A stretch of DNA of 64,000 nt from Eledone cirrhosa (lineage: Eukaryota): the NCBI GenBank assembly GCA_964016885.1, contig OZ024758.1, positions 33,294,001 to 33,358,000 of the forward strand, read 5' to 3'. The position numbers and the translations under genes were made by a program. The notes beneath the pieces were generated by a model. It was given only the letters and a program-made list of their open reading frames with translations. It made no database searches and was not told the origin of the DNA. Positions 47,930 to 61,345 of the stretch are shown in pieces. Each line of letters opens with the position of its first letter. Position 1 is the first letter of the stretch.

Positions 47930-49200
47930 CCGTTAAAGACTACACCCAGGGTTAACTAATGCAAGGGGGCACGTTGGGTGCGAATTTGAAGGCCTAGAAA
48001 TATGTCAATTTGGATCGAAGTTGTATTTTCATATGGTCAATTGTCTAAGAAGTTATTCGGGTTTAGGCAGCAGGTTCATAAGATTACCCAAAATCCAGTC
48101 TGGCCAAGAGGAAGAATATAGCGGGGTAGGCCCGACTGAATATACACTGTGCAGCTTCCTGGTGGGAAAACAGTGGGTGGATGATGGTGTTATTCCATGT
48201 TGTTTAATGGTAAGTCTACTGCTGGTAAGTCAGGTTGGGGTATCAGGTGTTATGGTGGTTATACAGAGAGTATCAGGTGTTATGGTGGTTATTCAGTTGT
48301 TGGGGTCCATCTGCAGAAAGATTGTTGTAGTCTATGGCTGCAATTGATGACAGTTTCGGCCAGACTATTTATGAGTTCCCGGGATGCTTGCACTATATAA
48401 AACAGTTCCATTAGGCCTCGGAGTGGACAGTCGACAGGGTTACGACAGTTGCAATGTTTTTTGTTGTCACCTCTCAGGTGGTGAGGGCTGGTGTTAATCC
48501 AATTACTATTATTATCACCATCACCATAGTTGCCATTATTGTGGCTGGCCCTATTATAGCTACAAATACGCGAAACAGTGTTATGTCCATTTCTCGTGTT
48601 ATATCGTCTTCTACAGCAGTTGTAATAGCTGGTATGGTTTCTCACCCCGTCGTTGGTCACACTACTAGTGCTGCAGTTAGTTTCTAAGGTGGCATTATTG
48701 TGTATGCTACTGCTAATACTAAGATACCTGTCCTGGTTACTAATATTGTTATCGTGCGGGGTGACAGAATTGTTAGAGTTGACCGAGTTGTCATATTCCC
48801 TAATGTTCTCATTACAGGCATGTTGTATTCTAGTGAGCTTACTGTGGCTGCTTATTGCTATGAGGTGGGCTAGATTAGGTGTAGTAGAATAAGAAATTTT
48901 GACGTTATTCTGAGGATTTTTCGGTATCTGTGGTTACGTGGGAAGTTCCTCTCTAAGGCGTCGGAAAGGATTCTGGGTAAATTGGAGGCCACACTCCGAG
49001 AGTAGGGGAGATGGAACCATAGGACATTACGGCGGCGTTTACGCGTCGTTCTGGGGTTACTGCGGAGGTTATTGCCATGGTAGGTGTCCCTATCAAGGCA
49101 ATAGGGCTGCTGGATAATGCATATTACAACAAGGCACTGGCTGAATCAGGTTATAACAGCAAAATCTCATACCTTCACGACGCAGGATCCATAAAGCCCT
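47930..49200 (-). mobile_element. Degenerate PLE (related to family A) with an inverted 5' piece
   Basis: Minus strand: RKRRRNVLWFHLPYSRSVASNL..KISYSTTPNL..CNCRNPVDCPLRG. Plus strand ~49115-49180: AYYNKALAESGYNSKISY. Confidence 0.7.
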
Positions 49201-49449
49201 CTCCTGTAGGATTAGTGTTATAGCGAGCCATACTTATTAACTAAAGCCACAGTGGTCCTACAAGCAAAAAAAGTATTAGAAGAGCTAATAATGTCGCTAG
49301 CTATGGCTTACATCATAACCATCAGGGTGGCGGGACGTGTGTATCACCATACCCACACCATCATAGTTCGGCCAATAGTAGTAACTACAACCTACTCGAA
49401 TTATTCCCTACATACAGGCTTAATAAAGGTGATGCTATATTACCAACAC

Positions 49450-51230
49450 CATCTAACAGGCATAGGGTAACCCAGAGCTGCTGTGCTGGGGGTGGCATTC
49501 ACAGAGCATTCACTATGCAGCAGCCCTATTGCCTTGATAGGGACACCCACCACATTTCAGCACAGCATCTCTCCACTTGTCACGGTCCTGTTCTCACCAC
49601 CACCACCCATGTTTCTCGTGGTCTACCTCTACCACGTCTTCCTTCAACTGGCATTTCCTGGCACTTCTTCACCTATCGGTCATCCTCCATGCGCATCACA
49701 TGTCCATACCACCTCAGTCTCTCCCGCACACTACATTCTATCCCTCTCAGACACAGTTTCTCTCTCAACACATTCATGCTGGGTCGTTCACGCACATTTA
49801 CACTGCACATCCAACGGAGCATACTTGCCTCATTTCTCTCCAGCCGTTGCATATCCTCTGCAGTTGCTGCCCATGTCTCACTACCATGCAGCATCGCGCT
49901 CCTCACACAAGCATCATATAACCGGCCTTTCGTACGCAGGGAGAAACTCTTCTTCGTCAGCAGAGGAAGCAGCTCCCTAAACTTCTTCCAATCCGTCCTT
50001 ATTCTAGATACTATGGCCTCAGAACACCACCCTCCCATGCTAATCTGATCACCTAGGTACCGGAAGCTATCAACCACTTCTGTAGCACCTGCCTGCATTT
50101 GAAAAATGTGTCTTTCAATGCGACTTCTACTGTCTAATTTCCCTGTACATCTACTGCATACGTATTTCTCCCTACCTGTTAGTTTGCCTGCTATCCCACT
50201 ACATCTCTTGTGTACCCAGGATCTGCATTGTGTGCATTTTATAGAATTTATGCCAGTTCCTTTTCTGCATATCGAACATGGCCTCTTGATTCCAACTGCT
50301 GTTTTCATAGCCAGAATTTATTCTCTAGCTCCTCTACTGATTCTGCTATAAGAACCAGATCGTCAACATAGAGAAGTTCCCATGGACAGCCAGTCTTAAA
50401 CTCCTCTGTTATGGCTTGGAGGACTATAATGAACAAGAGCGGGCTGAGGACCGAACCTTGATGTACTCCTACTTGTATCTGGAATTCCTCACTAAACTCA
50501 AATCCTACCCTAACTTTACTGACAGCAACTCTGTACAAAGTTTGCACTGTCCTCGCGAGCCATTCCTCGACACCTAGTTTCCTTAGGGACCACCAGATGA
50601 CAGATCGGGGTACCCTATCAAAGGCCTTTTCTAGGTCAATAAAGGCTAAGTATAGTGGCTTATTCTTCTCTAAGAAACTCTCTTGTAATTGTCTCACCAA
50701 GAAGAGGGCATCTGTTGTACTTTTCCCAGGCACAATACCAAACTGCATCTCATCTAGTTTGACTCTTTCTCTAATATCCTTTCTGCCGCTTTCATAACCT
50801 GATCCATCAGTTTTTTACCCCTATCATTGCTCCTCTCCAGAGCATCCCCTTTACCTTTGTAGCAATTTATGAGAATACTGCTGTACCAGTCTTTGGGTAT
50901 GACACCACCATATATAGCCTGATTGATGATGCGTGCAACCAGTTTAGTGCCTACGTCCCCTGATGCCTTCAGCATCTCAGCAACTATCTCCGACGGTCCA
51001 GCAGCCTTACCAATTTTCATTTTCTTAATCGCCTCTTGGACCCTATATTCGTCAATCTCAATAGCTGGTCCCTCTGTCGGATCTACTGAGGGTAATTTCT
51101 CTCTCTCCCATTCGTTCTCCACATTCATCAGTCTCTCATAATGACATTTCCAGGCCTCCTTTTTCTTATCATTCGGGACACTAAGTACACCGGCATCATC
51201 CCGGACACATTTATCCCCAACAACATCCTA
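49450..51230 (-). mobile_element. RTE LINE fragment with RT (frameshifted) and PHD-like finger
   Basis: ORFs 50754-51128, 50305-50748 (QFG, FIDLEKAFDRVP, GVHQGSVLSP, YVDD) and 49673-50308. Confidence 0.9.
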
Positions 51231-51249
51231 TGTATATATATATATATAT

Positions 51250-51410
51250 TATCATCATTTTACGTCTGCCTTTCCCTGTTTGCAAGGGTGGAACGGGTCT
51301 TATTCAGCTCGGCATCTCTCCACTTGTGACAGTGATCTGAGGTCTGTTCTCACCATCTCATCCCATGTTTTTCTTGGTCTACCTCTATCATGTCTTCCTT
51401 CAACTGGCAT
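51250..51410 (-). mobile_element. RTE 3' end (same family as 49450-51230)
   Basis: [24 protein letters not shown], then gacgtaaaatgatgat tail. Confidence 0.75.
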
Positions 51411-51415
51411 ATATA

Positions 51416-52051
<636 letters not shown>

Positions 52052-52799
52052 GCGCAGACTGGAAAGGAACGAAGCATGCATGCTCCGTTGGATGTGTAAT
52101 ACGTGAATGGCAAAGCATAAATGATCTAAGTGAGAAATTAGGAATAAGAGGGATCAGATGCTGTTTACTTGAGAGAAGACTACGTTGGTATGGTCACGTG
52201 ATGCGCATGAAAACGACAGCTCTATAAAAAAGTGCAGGGCGGTCAAAATTGATGGTAGTTACGGAGTAGGAATCCAGAAAAACCTGGGACGATCTGATAT
52301 ATTCCGACCTTATACACTTGCACCTCTCTAAGACAATGTCACTGGACCGAGATCTTTTGCGCTACACAGTAATACAGAAGACCCACCTTGCCTATGTACA
52401 AAGCGAAACCTACAGTCAGTAGGCACTTCTTAACCAAATATACACCCCAATCCACTACCCCTACCCCATCCTCCCACTCCTACCAACACCACCCTCTCTC
52501 TGTAAAGTTGGTACCACAACACCCAGTCCAAATAAATGAGATAATGAGATCGAGATCGTGTAGGTGTCACGAGAAAAAAACAGTCCACGCTGTAATGTGG
52601 TCGTGTAGGTAACACGGTAAAAAGTTCCCAGTCCCACACTGTAAATGTGGTTGGTGTGAGGAAGGGCATCCAGCCGTAGAAAACCTGCCAGATAGTCCTA
52701 TATGAGCGAGACACGGTCACCTGACCAACCTTGCCTCAAGTGGGACAACTCCCGTCTAACCCATGCTAGCGTGGAAGATGGACGTTAAACGATGATGAT
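52052..52799 (+). mobile_element. RTE LINE 3' fragment (same family as 29116-30650)
   Basis: cgcagactggaaaggaacgaagc..ERRLRWYGHV..; ends gttaaacgatgatgat; flanked by (TA)n. Confidence 0.85.
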
Positions 52800-52833
52800 A
52801 TATATATATATGAAATGTTGATGTATATAAAGT

Positions 52834-53095
52834 ATCATCACCGTTTTACGCCCATTTTTCCACGCTAGCATGGGTTAGACGAGTTGTCCTGTTGTGGGCA
52901 ATGCTAGATCAGGTGACCATATTTTACTCATACAGGACTGATCTTGGCTTGGTTTCTACAGCTGGATGCTCTTCCTAACACTAACCTCATTTACATTGAG
53001 CACTGGGTGCTCTTTGTTGGGATGCCTACATGACGACTTTACATCGTGGACTGGGTGCTTTTTGTCGTGACACCTACACAACCACTTTACAGTGG
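52834..53095 (-). mobile_element. RTE 3' UTR
   Basis: atcatcaccgttttacg..gctagcatgggttagac. Confidence 0.75.
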
Positions 53096-53817
53096 AGAAG
53101 ACCCACTTTTAAGGTGTCACATTAATTTATAGGTATTCTTTAATTCACATTTAGGGTTCTTTGTAGTATGTGTGCTGTGTTAATATTGTTTTTTAAAACA
53201 TTTCCTAAAGAGATGTTTCACTTGTGATATAAGATATTTCTCACCTCTCTTTTACCTAAGGGCCCTCTCATGTGCGGGACTGTCTTTTAAGGTGTCACAT
53301 CTTTTGATCTTTCTATCTGTTTACTACCAATATTTTTAATGTTTTTCTCTTCTTCTAATGGATTTATATCAATGAATCTACAACTAAGTCTAGTCTTTGA
53401 TGATATCTGGTTTTCCTTTACTTCTTCTACCTCTTCTTTTTTCTTTTTATTTCTTTTTACTTTTTCTCTCTTCTTATTTATCTCTTTGACAACATGCTAG
53501 TTTCTATTGCACCCCAGCCTTAGTGCTGTTCAGTGTTCAGGAGGTGGGTGCAGTATTGTGTGTGTAGGAGAGGCTTTAGATTTGTTTTGTTATGGGTGTT
53601 AGTTTGCTGTTTCTAGTGTTACAGAGTTTGTAGTGTAGCACATGTATAATATCAGGTGTGTTATGTTGAGATAGGGGCTGTATGTGTTGTAGGGTTACAT
53701 GTCTCCTCACTGCTTGCTGTGTGGTATTAATGTGTTGTAGCTGTTGGCATTGTTGGTTGTGTGAGTTATTGGTGTTTCTTATTCTGGGATGTTTTATTGA
53801 GTCTCAATACTGTAGAG

Positions 53818-54299
53818 CAGCATTTCTCAATCTTTTACCCTTGTGGAACCCTTGAAATAGTTTTCATGTTTTCATTATTATAATAGGGCGGTGGATTGAC
53901 AGTAACAGTAGTGTGTCGGACACCATGCTTAGCAGCATAGAGTTATGGCACTTTACTTTCTGCTTTTAAATACCACCGAAGTTAGCTTTGCTTTTCATCC
54001 TTGCAGAGGTCAATAAAATAAAGTACCAGTAACACACTGGGGTTGATTTAATCGACTTTCCCCTTGCTCCAAAATTGTTGGCCTTGTACCTAAAGTAGAA
54101 ACAATTATTAATATATATCTCTTTTATATTTGGTTGAAGCCTTTATTACAATAGCCAGTAATTCTCCAATATGCCGTACATGTATAGTAAAATTATGAAT
54201 ATAAAATTAAACAAAAATTACTCAAAAATGTATTAGTTTATTTATCACTGTTTCTTGCAGAACCCTAGGGTTCCAGGGAACACTGGTTGAGAAACACTG
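53818..54299. mobile_element. hAT (Charlie-type) MITE with a nested SINE A (53885-54110)
   Basis: TIRs cagcatttctcaa / ttgagaaacactg; 8-bp TSD ctgtagag / ctgtaaag. Confidence 0.8.
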
Positions 54300-54329
54300 C
54301 TGTAAAGTATATGTTGTGTAAGTTGTGTT

Positions 54330-54695
54330 GTGCGTGGACATTGAACTATTTGGATCAATAATACTTTGCACAGGATATAGGCTGTTCCTGTTTTTTTAAA
54401 TTTTTTTAAACAGTGTAATGTTGTGAGCCCTGGTGTGGCTTCTGTATTTTGGTTCATTTTTATCATACCTACTGCTCTATTTATTATTGACACTGTCTTT
54501 ATCTTCATAACACACATCCTGTTTATTTTGATTTCAAGATTCTTGTATTTTGACTGATTTTCCACTTCTATTCCGGCAATATTTGAGTCAGAAAAAATTG
54601 TGATATCTGCGTGAATATTTTCTTTTTCGAGTCCTTAATTATTATAACTGGATGGTTTACCTTGATCTCCTTGTCAGTTTAGATGGTCATGTAGG
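54330..54695 (-). pseudogene. Restriction-like endonuclease C-terminus of an R4/NeSL-type retrotransposon, degenerate
   Basis: TDKEIKVNHPVIIIKD..ENQSKYKNLEIKINRM..TVSIINRAVGMIK, matching the RPD..KY.DL..EI.RMW..VVIGALG pattern. Confidence 0.6.
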
Positions 54696-55029
54696 CATAT
54701 CCCAGATGATTGTGGCCAACTTATTGTCACACACTGATCACCTCGTGCCAATTGATTTAGTGACCTTTCTAAGATCTCTGTATCATAGATGGAATGTCTG
54801 ATTATAGGTTAACTCACCAGGGGTTAAACAACAACATACAATATTTATCATCACAATATTTATCATCATCATCATCATCATCTTCGTTTAACATCCATCT
54901 TCCACGTTAGCATGGGTTAGACGGTTTTCTCTAAAATTCTGGTACTTTATTGACTAAATATATTTTTTATCTTACTTGGGTAATGACTGAAAGAATATGA
55001 TCGCAAACACAAGCAGCCAAAATGGGGTG

Positions 55030-55410
55030 TCTCTGAAGGGTCTCCGGAGTAACATTACTCGATAACATGCATAGCTTGGAGATTAGAGGATTGTTCCAGG
55101 TTGAGCTTCTACTTCTCCGAATTGAGAGATCACAGCTCTGATATTACAGGCATGTGGTTAGAATGTCTCAAGAAAGAATTGGTGGACAGATGTTATGGGC
55201 AGAAACCAACTGGTAGGAGACAGAGGTAAACTGCAAACAAGATGGTTGGATAACATCCATGGGCTAGCTGGTCTCGCTTGGGAATCCAGCTGGATCATTT
55301 GGAGACTGTTATTTCTGATAGGACCTGCTGGAAGGAGTGTTTGAGGACTTGCCCCCCCCCCCCCCCCCCCGACCCTCTCAGGAATACGTGTGTAAAGAAG
55401 CAGCAGCAGA
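55030..55410 (+). mobile_element. RTE-clade 3' fragment
   Basis: agaattgagagatcacagct..gatggttggataacatccat..accctctcaggaata; same family as 15685-16080. Confidence 0.7.
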
Positions 55411-55827
55411 TCTGCAGAAAGCCATATTATTTTTAAGTGTTCAAAAAGACCAATGATAATATTTTATTTATATTTTATCATAATATTTGGGTCTTTTTTT
55501 CAAAACTAATTATATCTCTACTATATATAATTTGTGGTATTTTGTTTCATTTCCATCAGAAGATATCTGATAAGAATATTTGAAATAATACAACTGAAGA
55601 TTAGTATTGATAAACACATTATCTCTTTAGATATGATTTTATATAACTTCCTTGAGTGGTTAATGAGAAATCTAAGAAAGTGGTTAGAAATATATTTTGT
55701 GGGAATAACTTTGTTATTTTGTAATATCAGAAAACTGAATAAGTTGAGAGGATTTATATATTCACATGAAATATTCAACAATCTATGTATATTTTGTGTT
55801 TTAGATATAGCTTATTTTGATTACAAA

Positions 55828-56113
55828 GGTGTGTGGTCTAGTGGTTAGGTTTGATATGCAATTGTGAAGTTGTGAGTTTGATTTCTGGACTGGGTGATGT
55901 GTAATGTCCTTGAGCAAGACACTTTATTTCACATCTATATATTTATATATGTGGTTGGTGTTAGGAAGGGAATTCAGCTGTCGAAATCAAGGCAAAATAC
56001 AGATACGTATGAGCATAACGTGGTGTCCGGACCTGACTTGTCTCATAACGCAACAACTTGTCTAACCCATGCAAACATGGAAAAATAGACATTAAACTAT
56101 AATGATGATGATG
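55828..56113 (+). mobile_element. SINE B head followed by an RTE 3' tail
   Basis: ggtgtgtggtctagtggttagg..cttgagcaagacactttatt, a short TA tract, then gtggttggtgttaggaaggg..aacccatgc..gatgatgat. Confidence 0.6.
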
Positions 56114-56862
56114 ATCCATAAGGAATCACTGCCTGCTAACTTCAGTATACACTCTGGATAGTTTTTCTTTGTTAACTTATTAAAGCAACCACTGTTGATT
56201 TAGTTAACTGTGGAATTACAAATGTACTGCTATAACCTTGTATTTAAACTGAGAAATATGTGACAAAAAATTCAATGGTAAAATGGTAGGGTAGGCTTAT
56301 AATTGACGTAAAAAATGAGGGGCTAAAATATTTTCGCTTTGGAAGTGAATATTACACCAGTTTCACTTTGGAGGTGAAATCTTTTATTGTTTTTAGTGTG
56401 TTTTGAATGAATATGGCCTTCAAAACAGTTGGAAATTGGTAAAAAATCATTACATAATGAAATTATTAAACAAAAACTATATTCTAAATGACACTTAAAA
56501 CATTTTAAATATCAAAATATTAAAACTTCATAAACATATTCTTCACTTAAAAACCATCCCATCCAAGTATTGATTAGCAGCTTAATACATGGGGTTTGGA
56601 TTTTTGCCCATTACTCAGACATAAAATTTGAGTATATATGGTACTTTCTTCTGAAAGGGAAAAAGTATACGGGGAATGTGATAGTGTGCCTGTCTGTTTA
56701 GCATTGGATGTTTTCACTTTCACAATATGAACTTCAGTGAAATAGTAAAATAGTTTACTGATTTGGTTCCTTTTGGAATATTTACCACATAGCTCAGTGA
56801 ATAATGCATGAATACATTCATAGATAAGACCCAACAAAAGATATTAAAAATTAAAAAAAGAT

Positions 56863-57080
56863 TTAATCCTTTAGCATTTAAACTGGTCATATCCGGCTAG
56901 AATTCTCTCACCTATTTCTGTTGAAACTGACTGTAACCAACTGCTAATACTGATGTTAAGGTATTGTTCTCAAAATAAATATCAAAATCTCATAGATTCA
57001 ATATTACGTGAGGCAATTATGTGAAATAAAGTGTTTACTGTGAAAATACAAGAGTAAATATAGAGTAATGTAAGGGTAAA
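56863..57080. mobile_element. TTAA-MITE family A
   Basis: ttaatcctttagcatttaaactgg..gagtaatgtaagggtaaa. Confidence 0.7.
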
Positions 57081-58253
57081 CAATGATTTCAGAACGGTGC
57101 TTTTAGCCCAATGGTCTCCAACTCTTTTTCATAATATAAACCTTTCAAAAATGTCCTGCTAATGTGGTTTCATATGGTACAGGATATTAAGAATTAAAGT
57201 AAAACTTTTAGAATGTTTTGAAGAATATTAAATAGAAAGCATATTAAATAGAAAGCTTTATTTAATGTATTATAATTACAAATTTTTCAGCTAATCAAAA
57301 GCTGTTGTTAAATGAACTGTGATGTATTGAAGAACAAAAGAAATGTATGAAAATAATTACTAAAGATAAAATCTTGATAAAAATGAAACCGCTTTTATTT
57401 TACTCTATATTCAATTAACCTCCAATTAAAATCTTGAAAGCTACACTGAATGATGTGTGTGCTCTTTTGCTACAAGGTCAATTATTTCATATTTAAAAGA
57501 GCACCAAGTGTCTCTAATGATATTTGATTTTTCTTTTTTTTCTTTTAAAATTCGTTTTATTGTTTGATTCTTTTTATTTGCACTAGAAATTTTTAAATAT
57601 CTGCATGCTATGAAATCTATGAAAGAACTTGAAAATTTATTTGTTTTATCAGGGTTTATTAATTCATCCTTTGTCTAAAACAATTTCTAGCATTACTTTC
57701 AATGTTCCAATAAGGTTTTATATTTAAAGACATCTCACTTTGGAGTCTCCTATTTTTTTTCTTTGTGCAATCTGGGGTGGTATTTCTTTCTTTTCTTTTT
57801 CTCATCATTTACTTCATGCAGCGTATATAAATTAAAAATATAAAAAAGGTGCATAAAGGAAAAAAGTATGATACACTATTTACAAAGAAGAGAGCAAATG
57901 TGGCTCATTATTGAGAATGCACTAATCTAGTGAGGCCATTGAGAAGGTTTATAGTTAAAAACTTTCATTTTTTTATGATGGCTTGTAAAGAAGCACTTTA
58001 TACATTTTTTTAATTTTGTCTACAAATCTTGGAATATATATTTCCTTTTTCCTTTAATTCTTGCTTGCCTTCTATATATCTCTTTTATATTCGACTTTGA
58101 AAATTTGTTGTCTACTTGTCATTTTTTAAGTAGTTGGATTTGATTTATTTTGATTGAAATAATCAAATATTAGCGATCCTAGACTGATATGTAACACATA
58201 CAACGAAACACGTGTCAGTATTATGCAATAAATGTTAAATAATAATTTTGTAA

Positions 58254-58295
<42 letters not shown>

Positions 58296-58298
<3 letters not shown>

Positions 58299-59453
58299 AA
58301 AATGTATGACCTCTGGTTGTAATGAGGCGCATGTTCATCGTATATCTGCTCATTAGCGGACAAACGAGATATGCGGAGGGAGATGTTTTTAACCAGGTTA
58401 TTGATGTTTCTAGGATGGTTAGAGCAGCAGTGGATGTAGTGCAGGTTGTTGTTTGGTTTCCTGTATGGGTAGTATAGATCATTGTCGAGGATCATGCTCG
58501 GAGGAAACATTACAAATGCTGTTTATGAAGGACCAACTCCTAAACAAAAAAGACGAACTTGTAATTGCATGGAAACACCGATTGCGTAGGACTTACCTCA
58601 CCCTCAAACCCCCTCATGAGCCGGGTAGACAATGGCTGTAACATCCTTCTTTTCCCCACTTGCCGAACAAGATAGGGGAAACCCCAGCTAACATAGGTAG
58701 ATCTACCTCTTCTTTGCCTTTCTATTTTCTTCTTCCCTTTGTCACTTCCTATCACTTCCTTCCACTCCCTATCCTCTTCCTTTTCCCCTTTCGCCTACCC
58801 CAAGGCAGCCCATCGGGCCTTTGTAGCCTCAGTACTCCCACCCCAGTAAATTAAAGATAGCATTGGCCGAAAACGCAACACCAACTAATTATAGCAGCTG
58901 TTTTAGACTCTACAGTTTTTTTTATCACTTCTTACTATCCCATTATATATTTTTAGATATTTTTTTTCTTATTTATTTATTATCTTCTAATCTCAATTGA
59001 TTTACCTATTCTATAACGTCCCTTCTCTATTTTCTCCAGAATCCTTTTACACCTGCTTCCTCTGGCCTAGTTTCATACACAAACCTTAGAATTTGCTGTA
59101 TAGAATTCACTTTCAATGTTTGACCAGCTCCACCCACTCCCTCATTGTTCTACAGTCAAGTTCAGCCACCCCACCTCCCACCCACTGCCATGATAGACTT
59201 AATTGTGTTTACAAGAAACTTTGACCAATCCTCTTGACAACTACAATCTTCCCATATAAGGAAGTACCCCTTGAAAAGTTCGGCTATTTATTTACCAGAC
59301 TAAAAATTCTGATTTAGTCCAGAAATAGCTGTTGAAACGGCTTGAGCTCTGCCATCGGGGTCATACATTTTCCTATTAAACACTCTACTACCCTAAGTAT
59401 TGAGTACTCTGGTGCGTTATGGTCCATCTGGTTCCTTTCCACAACTCCTTCGT
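58296..59453 (+). mobile_element. PLE family C insertion: inverted RT-thumb piece (~58296-58500, minus), EN C-terminus and 3' pLTR (plus), between (TA)n tracts
   Basis: Minus strand YRKPNNNLHYIHCCSNHP..KNISLRISRLS; plus strand LLNKKDELVIAWKHR; hammerhead near the 3' end. Confidence 0.75.
59266..59361 (+). ncRNA. Type-I hammerhead ribozyme, U3-A8 variant with extended stems II and III
   Basis: acccc-TTGAAAA-gtt-cggctattt..gactaaa/tttagtc..aaatagctg-tt-GAAA-cggc(ttgagctct)gcca-TC-ggggt. Confidence 0.65.
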
Positions 59454-59477
59454 TATATATATATATATATATACATA

Positions 59478-60324
59478 CAGGGTACGGATGATATTTGTTT
59501 GCAAGATTACTGTCTATGAAAAAATAACACAGTAGTTTTATTTTTTAAGATTTATTTATCAAACTTGGGTCAGTTTGTCTTCATGACTTGTTCTTTCGAT
59601 CTCACTCGATAAACCTGCCACTGGCTTTGATGATGGCCTCAAGGCGGCCTCGGAATGGCTACAGGCCTTCGTCACTGTCCCCCGACTTAAGCCCCTAAAG
59701 GCACTTGTGATCCTGGCCTTCAGATCATCTTTCGTATTGCAGCTAAATCTGTTGGTGTCTCGTTCCACTGCGCCCCACACAAAGAAGTCGAGGGGGTTGC
59801 TGGGAGGCCAGATGTTGGGTGAAGTGTGGTCGACGAAGTTCTCTGACAGCCAGGCTTGGGTCTTTCGGCTGGTATGGCAGGCCGCGGAGTCTTGCTGTCA
59901 CACGTACGGCCTACCTGCAGTTTTACCTGGTCGATCCCGGGCTTTACTACCTCGCTCAGAACGCGGATGTAGCCAATGGTGTTCAGCTTGAGGCGCTCAG
60001 GGAAATAGTGAGGTGGCATGATGTCACCTTGACTGCTGACGACACCTAAGACGAATGTTGTCGCTGGAAACTTTGTCTGCATGGCTCTGGGCACGTCTTT
60101 GGATGAGACAGCCAGCCACCTGTTGTTCTGGGAGTTGATCTTCTGGCCTTATTTGTCCTCTCGGTGCGGATTCCAAGAAGAACTCCGTGTCTCTTCCACA
60201 AATTATTCAGAAAATAAATAATGGAAATATAGTCACTGTTTTTATGAAGACGAGTGACAACAGAAGTAAAAAAAATTTGCATAAAATTAGCAGTTGAAAA
60301 TTGCGAACAAATATCTACACCCTG
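59478..60324 (-). mobile_element. Tc1/mariner (maT, DD37D-type) transposon, internally deleted
   Basis: TA TSDs; TIRs cagggt..gatatttgtttgcaa / ttgcgaacaaatatctacaccctg; transposase remnants TKFPA..GVVSS.GDIMPP, QQDSAACH, WPPS-NPLDF. Confidence 0.85.
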
Positions 60325-60337
60325 TATATATATATAT

Positions 60338-60453
60338 AATTGTTTCTACTTTTTGGCACAAGGCCAGCAATTACCCAGTACATTACTGGTACTTTATTTT
60401 ATCGACCCCGTAAGGATGAAAGACAAAGTTAACGTCGGCGGGATTTGAACTCA
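60338..60453 (-). mobile_element. SINE family A 3' part
   Basis: aattgtttctacttttggcacaaggccagc..gggatttgaactca. Confidence 0.7.
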
Positions 60454-60595
60454 ATGGAATCCCGATATAATGTTACTAAAAATGGTAGGCACCATTTCAC
60501 TAAATATTTAAAAAAAAAGCAAATAAGACGACCAATTGCATGGTTCAAAATTATTTGAAAATCATTGGCAGTGTTTTTATTAGAAATATAAAGAG

Positions 60596-60825
60596 TTAAC
60601 CCTTTAGCATTTACATTACACTATATTTACTATCGTATTTTTGTGCTAAAAGCTTTATTTCACATAATTATCTCACAATATTGAATGTATGAGATTTTGA
60701 TATTATTTATTTTGAGAAGAATACCTTAACGTCAGTATGAGAGGCTGGTTATGACTGGTTTGAACAGAAAGCGGGGAGAGAATTCTGGGCAGATATAGCC
60801 GGTTTAAATGCTACTAAAGCGTTAA
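60596..60825. mobile_element. TTAA-MITE family A
   Basis: ttaaccctttagcatt...ctaaagcgttaa. Confidence 0.75.
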
Positions 60826-61009
60826 TAGAAACATGACAATCTTGTCTCTTTCAACAGCACAAACAGACATTAATTGCTCATATGAAGGAAATAAAATCTT
60901 GTACCTCTTTCTCTCTGGTCTTAGACAACATAAATCTAAAATCTTCAAAGATATTAAAAATGCTAGGATTCACAATCTCTGGTGGTCTTTCTCCATGGCC
61001 CCACATACA

Positions 61010-61345
61010 TCTTCTTCTTCGCCCACTTATTCCTGAGAGGGGGCAGTTTTCAAACACTCCATCCACCGGGTCCTGTCAAAAGCAACTGTCTCCAACTGAT
61101 CCGGCTGGATCCTCAAGTGTGACTAGCCAAGCTCATGGTTGTTATCCAACTATCTTAATCAGTGTCTAGCCCTGGGTCTCATGCCAGTTGGTTTTGTCCA
61201 GTGATTCTTTCCTGAGACATTCTAGCCACATGTCCATAGTATCAGAGCTGTGGTCTCTCAATTCGGAGAAGTAGCGGCTCTACCTGGAGTGACTCTCTGA
61301 TCTCCAAGCTACACACTTTATCAAGTAGCATTACTCCAAAGACCC
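61010..61345 (-). mobile_element. RTE-clade 3' fragment
   Basis: Reverse homolog of 55030-55410. Confidence 0.6.

Noticed and set aside
53100-53300. 17-bp direct repeat cttttaaggtgtcacat about 180 bp apart
   Set aside because: Could be a TSD, but the enclosed sequence is not identifiable.
56630-56735. Weak resemblance to a piggyBac Cys-rich C-terminus
   Set aside because: Requires frameshifts and too few conserved residues remain.
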